Assembly (NCBI GenBank): GCA_024636255.1
Contig: JAGXHK010000161.1
Coordinates: forward strand, 1-54,283
Direction: 5' to 3'
DNA length: 54,283 nt
DNA from: Desulfuromonadales bacterium
Lineage (GTDB): Bacteria; Desulfobacterota; Desulfuromonadia; Desulfuromonadales; Geoalkalibacteraceae
The notes beneath the pieces were generated by a model. That model saw only the letters and a list, made by a program, of their open reading frames with translations. It did no database searches and had not been told where the DNA came from. Below are positions 20,647 through 29,107 of the stretch, one piece after another (the stretch's first letter is position 1; every line of letters begins with the position of its first letter). Both the position numbers and the translations under genes were made by a program.

Positions 20647-21780
20647 GTGGCTAAGAAAACCGCTCTTGTCCAGGGGAACGAGGCATGCGCCCATGGTGCA
20701 GTCTATGCCGGCTGCAAGTTCTTCGCCGGATATCCCATTACACCCTCCACGGAAGTGGCGGAGGTCCTCGCTGCCGAACTTCCTAAGGTCGGTGGCAGTT
20801 TCATTCAGATGGAAGACGAAATCGGCGCCATGGCTGCCATTCTCGGCGGCTCCCTGACGGGTGCCAAAGCCCTGACGGCGACTTCGGGTCCCGGCGTTTC
20901 GCTTAAACAGGAACTGATCGGTTATGCCTGCATTGCCGAGATCCCCTGCGTTATCGTCAATGTCATGCGCGGTGGCCCTTCTACCGGCATGCCGACCGGG
21001 CCCGGACAATCCGATGTCATGCAGGCCCGCTGGGGCACCCACGGCGACCATGCCGCAATCGCTGTTGCGCCGGAATCGATCCAGGAGATTTTTACCGAAA
21101 CGGTGCGTGCCTTCAATCTGGCAGAGAAATACCGGATGCCGGTACAGATTCTCTTTGATGAAATCGTCGGACACATGCGCGAGCGCATCGAGTATCCCGA
21201 ACCGGGCGAGCTCGAGGTTATTGATCGCGCTAAACCCGATGTTTCTCCGGAAGACTACAAGCCTTATGATTCCAGCAAGGGTGATATCCCGCCGCTTGCC
21301 TCTTTCGGCAGCGAGTACCGCTTTCATGTTACGGGCCTGAACAAGGCCGCTGATGGATTTCCGACCACCAAGCCCGATCTGGTCGATGCCGAAGAGCGCC
21401 GCCAGATTCGCAAGGTCGAGGCGAACCGAAAAGATATTGAGAAAAACGAAGAGTACATGACCGAGGACGCGGAGGTTCTGATCTTCGCTTTCGGCTCGAC
21501 CAGTCGTTCGGCCCGCTATGCTGTGAACGAGCTGCGCAAGGAGGGGATCAAGGCCGGTTTGTTCCGTCCGATTACTCTTTGGCCTTTCCCTGAGGAGCGC
21601 ATTGCCGCTCTTGGCAAGCAGGTCAAAGGGATGGTTGTTGCGGAGATGAATCTGGGCCAGATGATTTATGAAGTTGAGCGGGTTACCAAAGGCAGCTGCA
21701 AGCTTGAGGGAGCCTTCCGCGTCGATGGTGAGCCCATCACCCCCGCCCAGATCATGGAAAAGGTCAAGGAGGTCAATTAG
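20647..21780 (+). CDS. korA: 2-oxoacid:ferredoxin oxidoreductase, alpha subunit
   Basis: GTG start after AGGAGG. The N-terminus GNEACAHGAVYAGCKFFAGYPITPSTE is typical of the OFOR alpha subunit. Confidence 0.9.
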   Translation: MAKKTALVQGNEACAHGAVYAGCKFFAGYPITPSTEVAEVLAAELPKVGGSFIQMEDEIGAMAAILGGSLTGAKALTATSGPGVSLKQELIGYACIAEIPCVIVNVMRGGPSTGMPTGPGQSDVMQARWGTHGDHAAIAVAPESIQEIFTETVRAFNLAEKYRMPVQILFDEIVGHMRERIEYPEPGELEVIDRAKPDVSPEDYKPYDSSKGDIPPLASFGSEYRFHVTGLNKAADGFPTTKPDLVDAEERRQIRKVEANRKDIEKNEEYMTEDAEVLIFAFGSTSRSARYAVNELRKEGIKAGLFRPITLWPFPEERIAALGKQVKGMVVAEMNLGQMIYEVERVTKGSCKLEGAFRVDGEPITPAQIMEKVKEVN

Positions 21781-21782
21781 AA

Positions 21783-22604
21783 ATGGCTTACGATTACGAA
21801 AAATCGATTCGGCCCGGCAAGCTGCCCCATATCTGGTGCCCCGGCTGTGGACACGGTATCGTGATGAAGGGCCTTATCCGGGCCATGGATACCTGTGGAC
21901 TCGACAAGAATAACACCGCTATTGTTTCCGGCATCGGCTGCGCCAGCCGACTCCCGGGTTACATGGATTGTTGTACCCTGCATACCGCCCACGGCCGTGC
22001 AGCGGCATTTGCCGCTGGCGTCAAAATGGCTAAGCCGGAGATGAACGTTCTCATTGTCGGCGGTGATGGGGACGGGGTCGCCATCGGCGGCAATCACTTC
22101 ATCCATGCCTGCCGGCGCAACATGGACATGACGTATGTCGTGCTCAACAACAATATTTACGGTATGACCGGCGGCCAGTTCTCGCCGACCACACCGACCG
22201 GCGCAAATGCATCCACCACGCCCTACGGCAATCCGGATCCGACCTTCGATATCAGCAAGCTTGCCATTGGCGCCGGCGCCACGTTTGTCGCCCGGACAAC
22301 CGCATTCCATGCGACCCAGATCGATAAGCTGATCGCCGAGGGGATTAAGCACAAGGGGATGTCGGTCATCGAAGTCCTGGACGACTGCCCGACCTGCTTC
22401 GGCCGCCGCAACAAGTTCCGCTCTGTCGTTGATATGATGAAGCGGCTCAAGGAAGTCGCCGTGCCGGTGCAGGCTGCTGCCAAGATGCCCGCCGAAAAGC
22501 TGGAAGGCAAGATACTCACAGGTGTTCTCTTCAAAGAGGAGAGACCCGAGTATTGCGCCGAATATGCCAAGATCATTGAAAAGGCTAAGGGCGCAAATGC
22601 CTGA
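21783..22604 (+). CDS. korB: 2-oxoacid:ferredoxin oxidoreductase, beta (TPP-binding) subunit
   Basis: WCPGCGHG N-terminus and the GDGD TPP/Mg motif (VGGDGDGVAIGGNH). Confidence 0.9.
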   Translation: MAYDYEKSIRPGKLPHIWCPGCGHGIVMKGLIRAMDTCGLDKNNTAIVSGIGCASRLPGYMDCCTLHTAHGRAAAFAAGVKMAKPEMNVLIVGGDGDGVAIGGNHFIHACRRNMDMTYVVLNNNIYGMTGGQFSPTTPTGANASTTPYGNPDPTFDISKLAIGAGATFVARTTAFHATQIDKLIAEGIKHKGMSVIEVLDDCPTCFGRRNKFRSVVDMMKRLKEVAVPVQAAAKMPAEKLEGKILTGVLFKEERPEYCAEYAKIIEKAKGANA

Positions 22605-22631
22605 TAACCAGCTCTAAAGGAGATAACATCG

Positions 22632-23180
22632 ATGGCTGAAAGATTTGAAATTCGTTTTTCCGGTGCCGGTGGTCAGGGGCTGATTACCGCCGGGATCATT
22701 CTGGCCGAAGCGGCCTCTATCGTTGAGGGAAAAAACGCTGTACAGTCGCAGAGTTATGGCCCGGAAGCCCGCGGCGGCGCATCGAAGTCGGAGGTCATCA
22801 TTTCTGATGGTCCCATCGACTACCCGAAAGCGACCATTGTCGATGCCTGTCTGGCTATGACGCAGGAGGCGGCAGACAAATATGCAAGCGGCATCAAGGA
22901 TACCGGCGTTCTGCTTCTTGACTCCGAATTCGTCAAACGCGAGCCGCAGGGGAATTATAAAATATACAAATTCCCCATCATGCGCACCGCCAAGGAAGAA
23001 GTCGGTCGTGAAATCGTGGCCAATGTGGTTGCACTCGGCGCCATGGTTGCCCTCACGGACGCGGTTTCTCGGGAAGCAGGCGAAAAGGCCGTGCTTTCCC
23101 GTGTGCCTCCGGCATTCATCGAACTCAATAAAAAAGCATACAATCTCGGCTTCGAAAAAGTTAAGGCCCTGATGGACTAA
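22632..23180 (+). CDS. korC: 2-oxoacid:ferredoxin oxidoreductase, gamma subunit
   Basis: 182 aa with the GAGGQG motif and a SQSYGPEARGG segment typical of the gamma subunit. Confidence 0.9.
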   Translation: MAERFEIRFSGAGGQGLITAGIILAEAASIVEGKNAVQSQSYGPEARGGASKSEVIISDGPIDYPKATIVDACLAMTQEAADKYASGIKDTGVLLLDSEFVKREPQGNYKIYKFPIMRTAKEEVGREIVANVVALGAMVALTDAVSREAGEKAVLSRVPPAFIELNKKAYNLGFEKVKALMD

Positions 23181-23341
23181 AATGCTTCTCCTGTAATTTT
23201 ATTTGTTTTCCTCAGGCCCGGTTTTCCGGGCCTTTCTTTTGTCCGCTTTGCAGGGATAAACATATCTGCGAGAAACCTTTCGGGGAACAACGGGCGCAGT
23301 GCCGCACAAAAAAACGCCAGGAGCATAACCATTTCGAACAT
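23177..23341 (-). CDS. possible small membrane protein (54 aa), hypothetical
   Basis: ATG at 23341 is preceded at 5 nt by a strong SD (AAGGAGG). Hydrophobic N-terminus MFEMVMLLAFFCAAL. However, the frame runs through the korC terminator hairpin and has no recognisable family. Confidence 0.3.
   Translation of the reverse strand: MFEMVMLLAFFCAALRPLFPERFLADMFIPAKRTKERPGKPGLRKTNKITGEAF
23214..23240 (+). terminator. intrinsic terminator after korC
   Basis: AGGCCCGG-tttt-CCGGGCCT followed by TTCTTTT. Confidence 0.8.
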
Positions 23342-23518
23342 AAAGTCCTCCTTGGCTGTATGCTGACCTGGGCTAGTGACTAAATATGTCACATGGCTCC
23401 CCGGACGCAAGAACGCTGTCTTTTTTTTCAGGCGCAAACGGGAAGCACAGGCCTTGAAAAGAATCATGGTCGGTCAATCCCCCGAATCAAACAGTGTCAT
23501 GCCCTCCTATAAACGCCA

Positions 23519-23553
23519 TTGACAAGAACTAAGAGAATCGTATACAGTATACA
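23519..23553 (+). promoter_or_regulatory. acnB promoter with a double-GTATAC operator
   Basis: -35 TTGACA 23519-23524. CGTATACAGTATACA 23539-23553 contains two GTATAC hexamers 1 nt apart. The first hexamer overlaps the -10 (TATACA 23541-23546). Confidence 0.6.
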
Positions 23554-23682
23554 GGTTTTATAAAAAGACAGGCTGGATTTCCCTGCTTTTTCAACGGCTG
23601 TATTGAGCCTGCAGGATGAGTAAAATTCCTTTTCTGGAGTTTGGATCAGCCTGTCGCGCGAAATTTACCGAGGAGGATAAAG

Positions 23683-26223
23683 ATGATCGAAGCTTACAAA
23701 CGGCACGAAGCCGAGCGCAACGCCCAAGGGATTCCGGCGCTGCCGCTGAGTCCGGAGCAGACCCGGGAACTCTGTGAATTACTCAAAAATCCACCGGATG
23801 CACAGGAAGAGTTCATTCTGAACCTGTTTAAAAACCGGATCTCTCCCGGCGTGGACCCGGCTGCCGAGGTCAAGGCCGAATTCCTCGATCAGATTGTCAA
23901 AGGAAAGGCCGAATCTCCGCTGATCAACAGGAAAGAGGCGGTGGAACTTCTCGGGACCATGATCGGCGGTTACAATGTCAAACCCTTGATTGACACTCTC
24001 GATGATTCCGAACTGGCCGATGATGCTGTCAGGGCGTTGTCAAAACTGACTTACATGTACGATGCCGCCGACGAAGTCTTCGAACTCGCCAAAAAGAATG
24101 CGGCGGCGAAAAAGGTCGTCGATTCCTGGTCCGCAGCAGAATGGTTTACCTCCAAACCCGAGATGCCCGAAGAAGTCACTGTGAAGGCATTTAAAGTCGA
24201 AGGCGAAATCAACACCGATGATTTCTCTCCGGCCGGTGACGCCTGGAGTCGCCCTGACATTCCCCTGCATGCGCTGGCCATGGGGAAAACACTTTTCCCC
24301 GGCGGCATCGAGACGATCCGCGAATGGCGGGAGCAAGGGCATACGGTGGCTTTTGTCGGCGATGTCGTAGGGACCGGATCTTCCCGTAAATCTGCATGTA
24401 ACAGCCTGCTCTGGCACATCGGTGAGGATATTGATTTCGTTCCCAATAAGCGTCGTGGGGGTCTCGTGTTAGGAGGGGTCATTGCACCGATCTTCTTCAA
24501 TACGGCTGAGGATTCCGGCGCGCTGCCGCTGCAGATGGATGTCTCCAATATCAACAACGGCGACATGATCACCATCAACACGAAAAAGGGCGAAGTTAAA
24601 AACGATCAGGGCGAGGTGGTCGCAACCTTCACCATCAAGCCCAATACATTGCCGGACGAATATCGCGCTGGGGGCCGGATTCCGCTGATCATCGGCCGTT
24701 CGGTGACAAATCAGGCGCGCGCCGCCCAAGGGCTGGGCGAGGCCCAACTCTTCGATGAGCCGGATAACCCGACTCCCAAGTCCGGCCAGAGCTATACCCT
24801 GGCGCAAAAGATGGTCGGCAAGGCATGTAATCTGCCCGGAGTTCTTCCGGGGACGGCCTGCGAACCGAAGATGACCACAGTCGGTTCTCAGGATACCACC
24901 GGTCCCATGACGGCCGACGAGCTCAAGGAGCTGGCCTGCCTGCGCTTTCAGGCGCCGATGTTCATGCAGTCTTTCTGCCATACGGCCGCATATCCGAAAC
25001 CGGCCGACGTGAAGATGCACAAGAATCTACCCGCCTTCATCGAGGAGCGCGCCGGAGTCGCACTGCGCCCCGGCGATGGAGTCATCCACAGCTGGCTGAA
25101 CCGGCTGCTGCTCCCGGATACGGTCGGCACCGGGGGTGATTCCCATACCCGTTTTCCGATCGGCATTTCCTTTCCCGCCGGTTCGGGCCTGGTCGCTTTC
25201 GCCGGCGCCCTTGGATTCATGCCGCTTGATATGCCCGAGTCTGTGCTTGTGCGCTTCAAAGGGAAATTGAAGCCGGGCGTTACGCTGCGCGACGTGGTCA
25301 ACGCGATTCCTTATTATGCGATTCAAGAGGGTCTGCTGACCGTGCCGAAGAAGAACAAGAAAAACATCTTCAATGGCCGGATTCTCGAGATGGAGGGTCT
25401 GCCGGACCTGACTGTCGAGCAGGCTTTTGAGTTGACCGACGCCGCCGCCGAGCGTTCAGCCGCTGCCGGATGCATCAAGCTTTCAGAAGAATCTGTCGCA
25501 ACCTATGTGCGTTCAAATATTGCGCTGATGCGCAAGATGATCGACGAGGGGTATCAGGATGCAGAAACCCTGCAGAAGCGCATTGAGGATGCCGAAGAGT
25601 GGTTGAAGAACCCGCAGCTTCTGGAAGCGGACGCGGATGCCGAATACGCGGCGGTTCTCGAGATCGATCTGGCTGACGTGAAGGAGCCGATTCTTGCCTG
25701 CCCGAACGATCCGGATGACGTGAAGCTTCTTTCCGACGTGACCGGTACACGGATCAATGACGTGTTCCTCGGTTCCTGCATGACCAACATCGGTCATTTC
25801 CGTGCTGCTGCTGAGATCTGGCGTGGGCAGAAATTCAACCCCGAGGTGCGCACCTGGATCTGCCCGCCGACCCGCATGGACCAGGAAAAACTCAAGGAAG
25901 AGGCTCTCTTCTCCATTTACAGCGCCATCGGTGCACGCATTGAGATCGCCGGCTGTTCCCTGTGCATGGGGAACCAGGCTCGCGTGCCGGAAAAATCCTA
26001 TGTATTTTCCACCAGCACCCGTAATTTCAACGATCGGCTCGGCGATGGCGCCCAGGTTTTTCTCGGCTCGGCCGAACTTGGAGCGGTAGTTGCTACACTG
26101 GGCAAATTGCCGACTCCGCAGGAGTATTTCGCGGTCTACCAGGAACGCATCGCGCCCAAGGAAGCCGAGATCTATAAGTATCTGCAATTCGACGAAATGC
26201 CAGGATTCCAGAAATCAGCTTGA
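23683..26223 (+). CDS. acnB: aconitate hydratase 2 / 2-methylisocitrate dehydratase (AcnB type)
   Basis: ORF 23641-26223. ATG 23683 follows GAGGAGG. The AcnB-specific N-terminal HEAT-like domain (MIEAYKRHEAERN..) precedes the swivel and catalytic domains. Confidence 0.95.
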   Translation: MIEAYKRHEAERNAQGIPALPLSPEQTRELCELLKNPPDAQEEFILNLFKNRISPGVDPAAEVKAEFLDQIVKGKAESPLINRKEAVELLGTMIGGYNVKPLIDTLDDSELADDAVRALSKLTYMYDAADEVFELAKKNAAAKKVVDSWSAAEWFTSKPEMPEEVTVKAFKVEGEINTDDFSPAGDAWSRPDIPLHALAMGKTLFPGGIETIREWREQGHTVAFVGDVVGTGSSRKSACNSLLWHIGEDIDFVPNKRRGGLVLGGVIAPIFFNTAEDSGALPLQMDVSNINNGDMITINTKKGEVKNDQGEVVATFTIKPNTLPDEYRAGGRIPLIIGRSVTNQARAAQGLGEAQLFDEPDNPTPKSGQSYTLAQKMVGKACNLPGVLPGTACEPKMTTVGSQDTTGPMTADELKELACLRFQAPMFMQSFCHTAAYPKPADVKMHKNLPAFIEERAGVALRPGDGVIHSWLNRLLLPDTVGTGGDSHTRFPIGISFPAGSGLVAFAGALGFMPLDMPESVLVRFKGKLKPGVTLRDVVNAIPYYAIQEGLLTVPKKNKKNIFNGRILEMEGLPDLTVEQAFELTDAAAERSAAAGCIKLSEESVATYVRSNIALMRKMIDEGYQDAETLQKRIEDAEEWLKNPQLLEADADAEYAAVLEIDLADVKEPILACPNDPDDVKLLSDVTGTRINDVFLGSCMTNIGHFRAAAEIWRGQKFNPEVRTWICPPTRMDQEKLKEEALFSIYSAIGARIEIAGCSLCMGNQARVPEKSYVFSTSTRNFNDRLGDGAQVFLGSAELGAVVATLGKLPTPQEYFAVYQERIAPKEAEIYKYLQFDEMPGFQKSA

Positions 26224-26257
26224 GCCTGTCAATTTTGACGTGCAGCAATTAAAATGC

Positions 26258-26289
26258 GGCCGCTTCCTTCGGGGAGCGGCCTTTTTTTA
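26258..26289 (+). terminator. intrinsic terminator after acnB
   Basis: GGCCGCTTCC-ttcg-GGGAGCGGCC followed by T7. Confidence 0.85.
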
Positions 26290-26303
26290 TCGGGGAGGAA
26301 TTG

Positions 26304-26936
26304 ATGCAGATCACTGAGCCGATGACCATGCTGACCGACTACCTCCTGGCCGGCTGGACAGGCTATCTGGGGTATCGGCTTCTGCAGTGCGGATCCGGTC
26401 AAATGCCCCGGGCACGGCGTTGGTGGGGGTGGGCTTTTATCTGCAGCGCGCTCGCCGCTCTTAGCGGCGGCAGTTATCACGGGCTGGCCCTCGTGCTGCC
26501 GCAGGAGATCCTTTTTTCTCTCTGGAAAATGACGCTCTATGCGGTCGGACTGGCGGGATTTTGCCTGCTGATAGGGACTGCACTGGCCATCTTGAAATAT
26601 CCGGCTCGAAAATGGTTGTGTATTGGCGCTGCCCTGAAATTAGTCGTTTACGCCATCTGGATGGTGTGGCACGAGAGCTTTCTTTACGTCGTTCTCGATT
26701 ATCTGCCATCCCTGATGGTGGTGCTGCTCTTGTTTTCCTGGCGCTTTTTTCGGCATGGTGAAAGTGCCGGAGCCTGGGTGGCCTCGGGTATCCTTGTCTC
26801 CTTCATTGCGGCCGGCATCCAGCAGAGTGGAATCGCTCTTCATCGTCATTTCAACCACAACGATCTCTACCACCTGGTGCAGATGGTCGCGTTCTATTTT
26901 CTCTTTCGCGCCGGGCTTCTGCTTCACGAAAGATAA
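26304..26936 (+). CDS. polytopic integral membrane protein, function unknown
   Basis: ATG 26304 follows GGGGAGG. About 6 predicted TM helices and a C-terminal HFNHNDLYHLVQ motif. No confident family assignment. Confidence 0.7.
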   Translation: MQITEPMTMLTDYLLAGWTGYLGYRLLQCGSGQMPRARRWWGWAFICSALAALSGGSYHGLALVLPQEILFSLWKMTLYAVGLAGFCLLIGTALAILKYPARKWLCIGAALKLVVYAIWMVWHESFLYVVLDYLPSLMVVLLLFSWRFFRHGESAGAWVASGILVSFIAAGIQQSGIALHRHFNHNDLYHLVQMVAFYFLFRAGLLLHER

Positions 26937-26939
26937 TGC

Positions 26940-27104
26940 CTAGTGTCCCGTGCGGTTAGTAGCATCAATTAATTCTGAGTCATTTTGGCCGCTGTTAAGG
27001 CGCGCCGACGCTGGCATAGCCAGAGCTAAGCCGAGGAGGCGCAACGCCGAGAGCGGGCAAAAGGGCCAGAATTAGAAGAGGGAACTAGCCGCACGGGGCA
27101 CTAG
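26940..27104. repeat. 165-bp rod-like inverted-repeat element bounded by CTAG, filling the convergent intergenic gap
   Basis: 21-bp arms CTAGTGTCCCGTGCGGTTAGT (26940-26960) / ACTAGCCGCACGGGGCACTAG (27084-27104), with two T:G positions. Inner stems: TAATTCTG/CAGAATTA 26970-26977/27067-27074, TTTTGGCCGCT/AGCGGGCAAAA 26983-26993/27052-27062, CTGGC/GCCAG 27011-27015/27019-27023. Confidence 0.6.
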
Positions 27105-27985
27105 TCCCGATATCGCCGTGTCAGGTCCTGATACGCCTCGATGCGACGATCGCGCAGAAACGGCCAGATACGGCGTACATCTTCGCTGCGTTTCTTGTCG
27201 ATGGCCACAACCAGAACCTCTTCTTCCTCTTGTCCGGCTCGGGCCAGAAATTCTCCCTGGCTGCCGGCCACAAAGCTGCTCCCCCAGAACTGCGCTCCCG
27301 GTCCGGCGCTGCTCGGATCTCTCTCGAATCCGACCCGGTTGACGCTGATGACAGGAATCCCATTGGCCACGGCATGCGAGCGCTGAATGGTAATCCAGGC
27401 ATCGAGTTGTCGCTGGCGCTCGTCTTCGGGATCGCGCGGGTCCCAACCGATTGCCGTGGGATAGAGAAGCATCTCGGCGCCGGCCAGTGCCATAAGCCGG
27501 GCCGCTTCGGGATACCACTGATCCCAGCAGACCAGCAGACCGAGACGCCCTGCCGAGGTGTCGATAGGAGTGAAGCCGAGATCGCCGGGCGTGAAGTAAA
27601 ACTTCTCATAATATCCCGGGTCGTCGGGGATGTGCATTTTTCGGTAGCGCCCCGCCAGGGAACCGTCGCGTTCGAGAACCACCGCGGTATTGTGATAGAG
27701 GCCCGGCGCGCGCTTCTCGAATAGGGAGGCGACGATAACGATGCCGAGTTCGGCTGCCAGAGCGCCGAAGCGCTCGGTTGAAGGGCCGGGGATTGTCTCG
27801 GCTTGATCAAAGCAGGCGGTATCTTCGCTTTGGCAGAAGTAGAGCCCGGGGTGGAGCTCCTGCAGAACGACCAGTTCTGCTCCACGGGCGGCCGTTTTGC
27901 GAATGCCCTCGACGCTTTTGGCGATATTCGTTTCGCGATCCTCGGTGCAGCTCTGCTGGACCAGGCCGATGTTCAGTTTGCTCAT
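27101..27985 (-). CDS. aguB: N-carbamoylputrescine amidase (CN-hydrolase family)
   Basis: 294 aa. Nitrilase-superfamily E-K-C triad context (LLVCWDQWYPE). Overlaps aguA by 4 nt (ATGA). Confidence 0.9.
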   Translation of the reverse strand: MSKLNIGLVQQSCTEDRETNIAKSVEGIRKTAARGAELVVLQELHPGLYFCQSEDTACFDQAETIPGPSTERFGALAAELGIVIVASLFEKRAPGLYHNTAVVLERDGSLAGRYRKMHIPDDPGYYEKFYFTPGDLGFTPIDTSAGRLGLLVCWDQWYPEAARLMALAGAEMLLYPTAIGWDPRDPEDERQRQLDAWITIQRSHAVANGIPVISVNRVGFERDPSSAGPGAQFWGSSFVAGSQGEFLARAGQEEEEVLVVAIDKKRSEDVRRIWPFLRDRRIEAYQDLTRRYRD

Positions 27986-29007
27986 GGCAAGACTCCTTTA
28001 GGCAACTGCATGGTCACGCAATGCAGAGAGCCGTGCTGCAGTATCAGAGGACGGCAGTCGATGCCGACAACCTCGCGGCCAGGAAACGCACGTTCTATGG
28101 CGAGCAGAGCCGCTTCGTCCCTGGGATCCCCATAAACGGGCACCAGCACCGCACCGTTGATCACCAGGAAATTCGCATAGGTCGCGGGTAACCTCTGGTT
28201 CTTCTCATCATAACACGGCCGCGGCCAGGGAAGGGGGATCAGGGTGTAGGGCTGATCGTTCGCCGTGCGCATGCCCTCGAGTTCTGCCGCCATGCTCTGC
28301 AGGGCCGCAAAGTGTTCGTCCTTCGGATCGTCACAGGCGCTGTAAATGATCGTGTCGTTCGGAGCGAAACGGGCCAGAGTATCGATATGGCTGTCGGTAT
28401 CGTCGCCGGCAAGATATCCGTTCTCCAGCCAGAGTACGCGGCGCGCCCCAAGCAGCCGCTTCATTCGTTCTTCGATCTGCGCTCGGCTCAGGTGGGGATT
28501 CCGGTTGGCCTCGAGCAGGCAGTCGGCCGTGGTGAGCAGGGTGCCCGAACCATCGCTTTCAATGCTGCCGCCTTCAAAGATCATTCCTTCGGTCTTCATC
28601 GCCGTGGCCCCGAACGCCCCGGCGTCGCGCAGCCGCCTGCTGATCATGTTGTCGAAGTTGCAGGCGAATTTCAGGCCCCACCCATTGAATCCGAAATCGA
28701 GCAGGAGAGCGCGGCCGTTCTCAAGGACGGTGAGAGGGCCGAAATCGCGGGCCCAGGTGTCATTGTTCGGCAAGGCGAAGTACCTCACCGCATTTTCATT
28801 GACCTGGGCGGCACTGAGCAGATCGCGCACCCGTTCTGGCTCAGGGGCGATAATTATCAGCCGTTCGCGGCGGGCGATCTGGCGTGCGATTTCGGCAAAA
28901 ACCGGTTCAACCTGAGTGAGATAAGGCGCCCAGTCGGTTCCGGCATGGGGCCAGGCCAGCAACACACCGTCCTGATCTTCCCATTCGGCGGGCAGGCGTC
29001 TGTTCAT
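27982..29007 (-). CDS. aguA: agmatine deiminase
   Basis: ORF to 29040. ATG 29007 gives MNRRLPAEWEDQ.., the usual N-terminus. C-terminal catalytic GSLHCVTMQLP motif. Confidence 0.9.
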   Translation of the reverse strand: MNRRLPAEWEDQDGVLLAWPHAGTDWAPYLTQVEPVFAEIARQIARRERLIIIAPEPERVRDLLSAAQVNENAVRYFALPNNDTWARDFGPLTVLENGRALLLDFGFNGWGLKFACNFDNMISRRLRDAGAFGATAMKTEGMIFEGGSIESDGSGTLLTTADCLLEANRNPHLSRAQIEERMKRLLGARRVLWLENGYLAGDDTDSHIDTLARFAPNDTIIYSACDDPKDEHFAALQSMAAELEGMRTANDQPYTLIPLPWPRPCYDEKNQRLPATYANFLVINGAVLVPVYGDPRDEAALLAIERAFPGREVVGIDCRPLILQHGSLHCVTMQLPKGVLP

Positions 29008-29107
29008 CGTGTCTCCTTGCAATTCGTCAGTGAAGCGCAATGCTAAAAGAAATCCGAAATTTCCGCAATCCTCTGCAGGGCGGTATCAGCTCGACCAATC
29101 CGAACGT

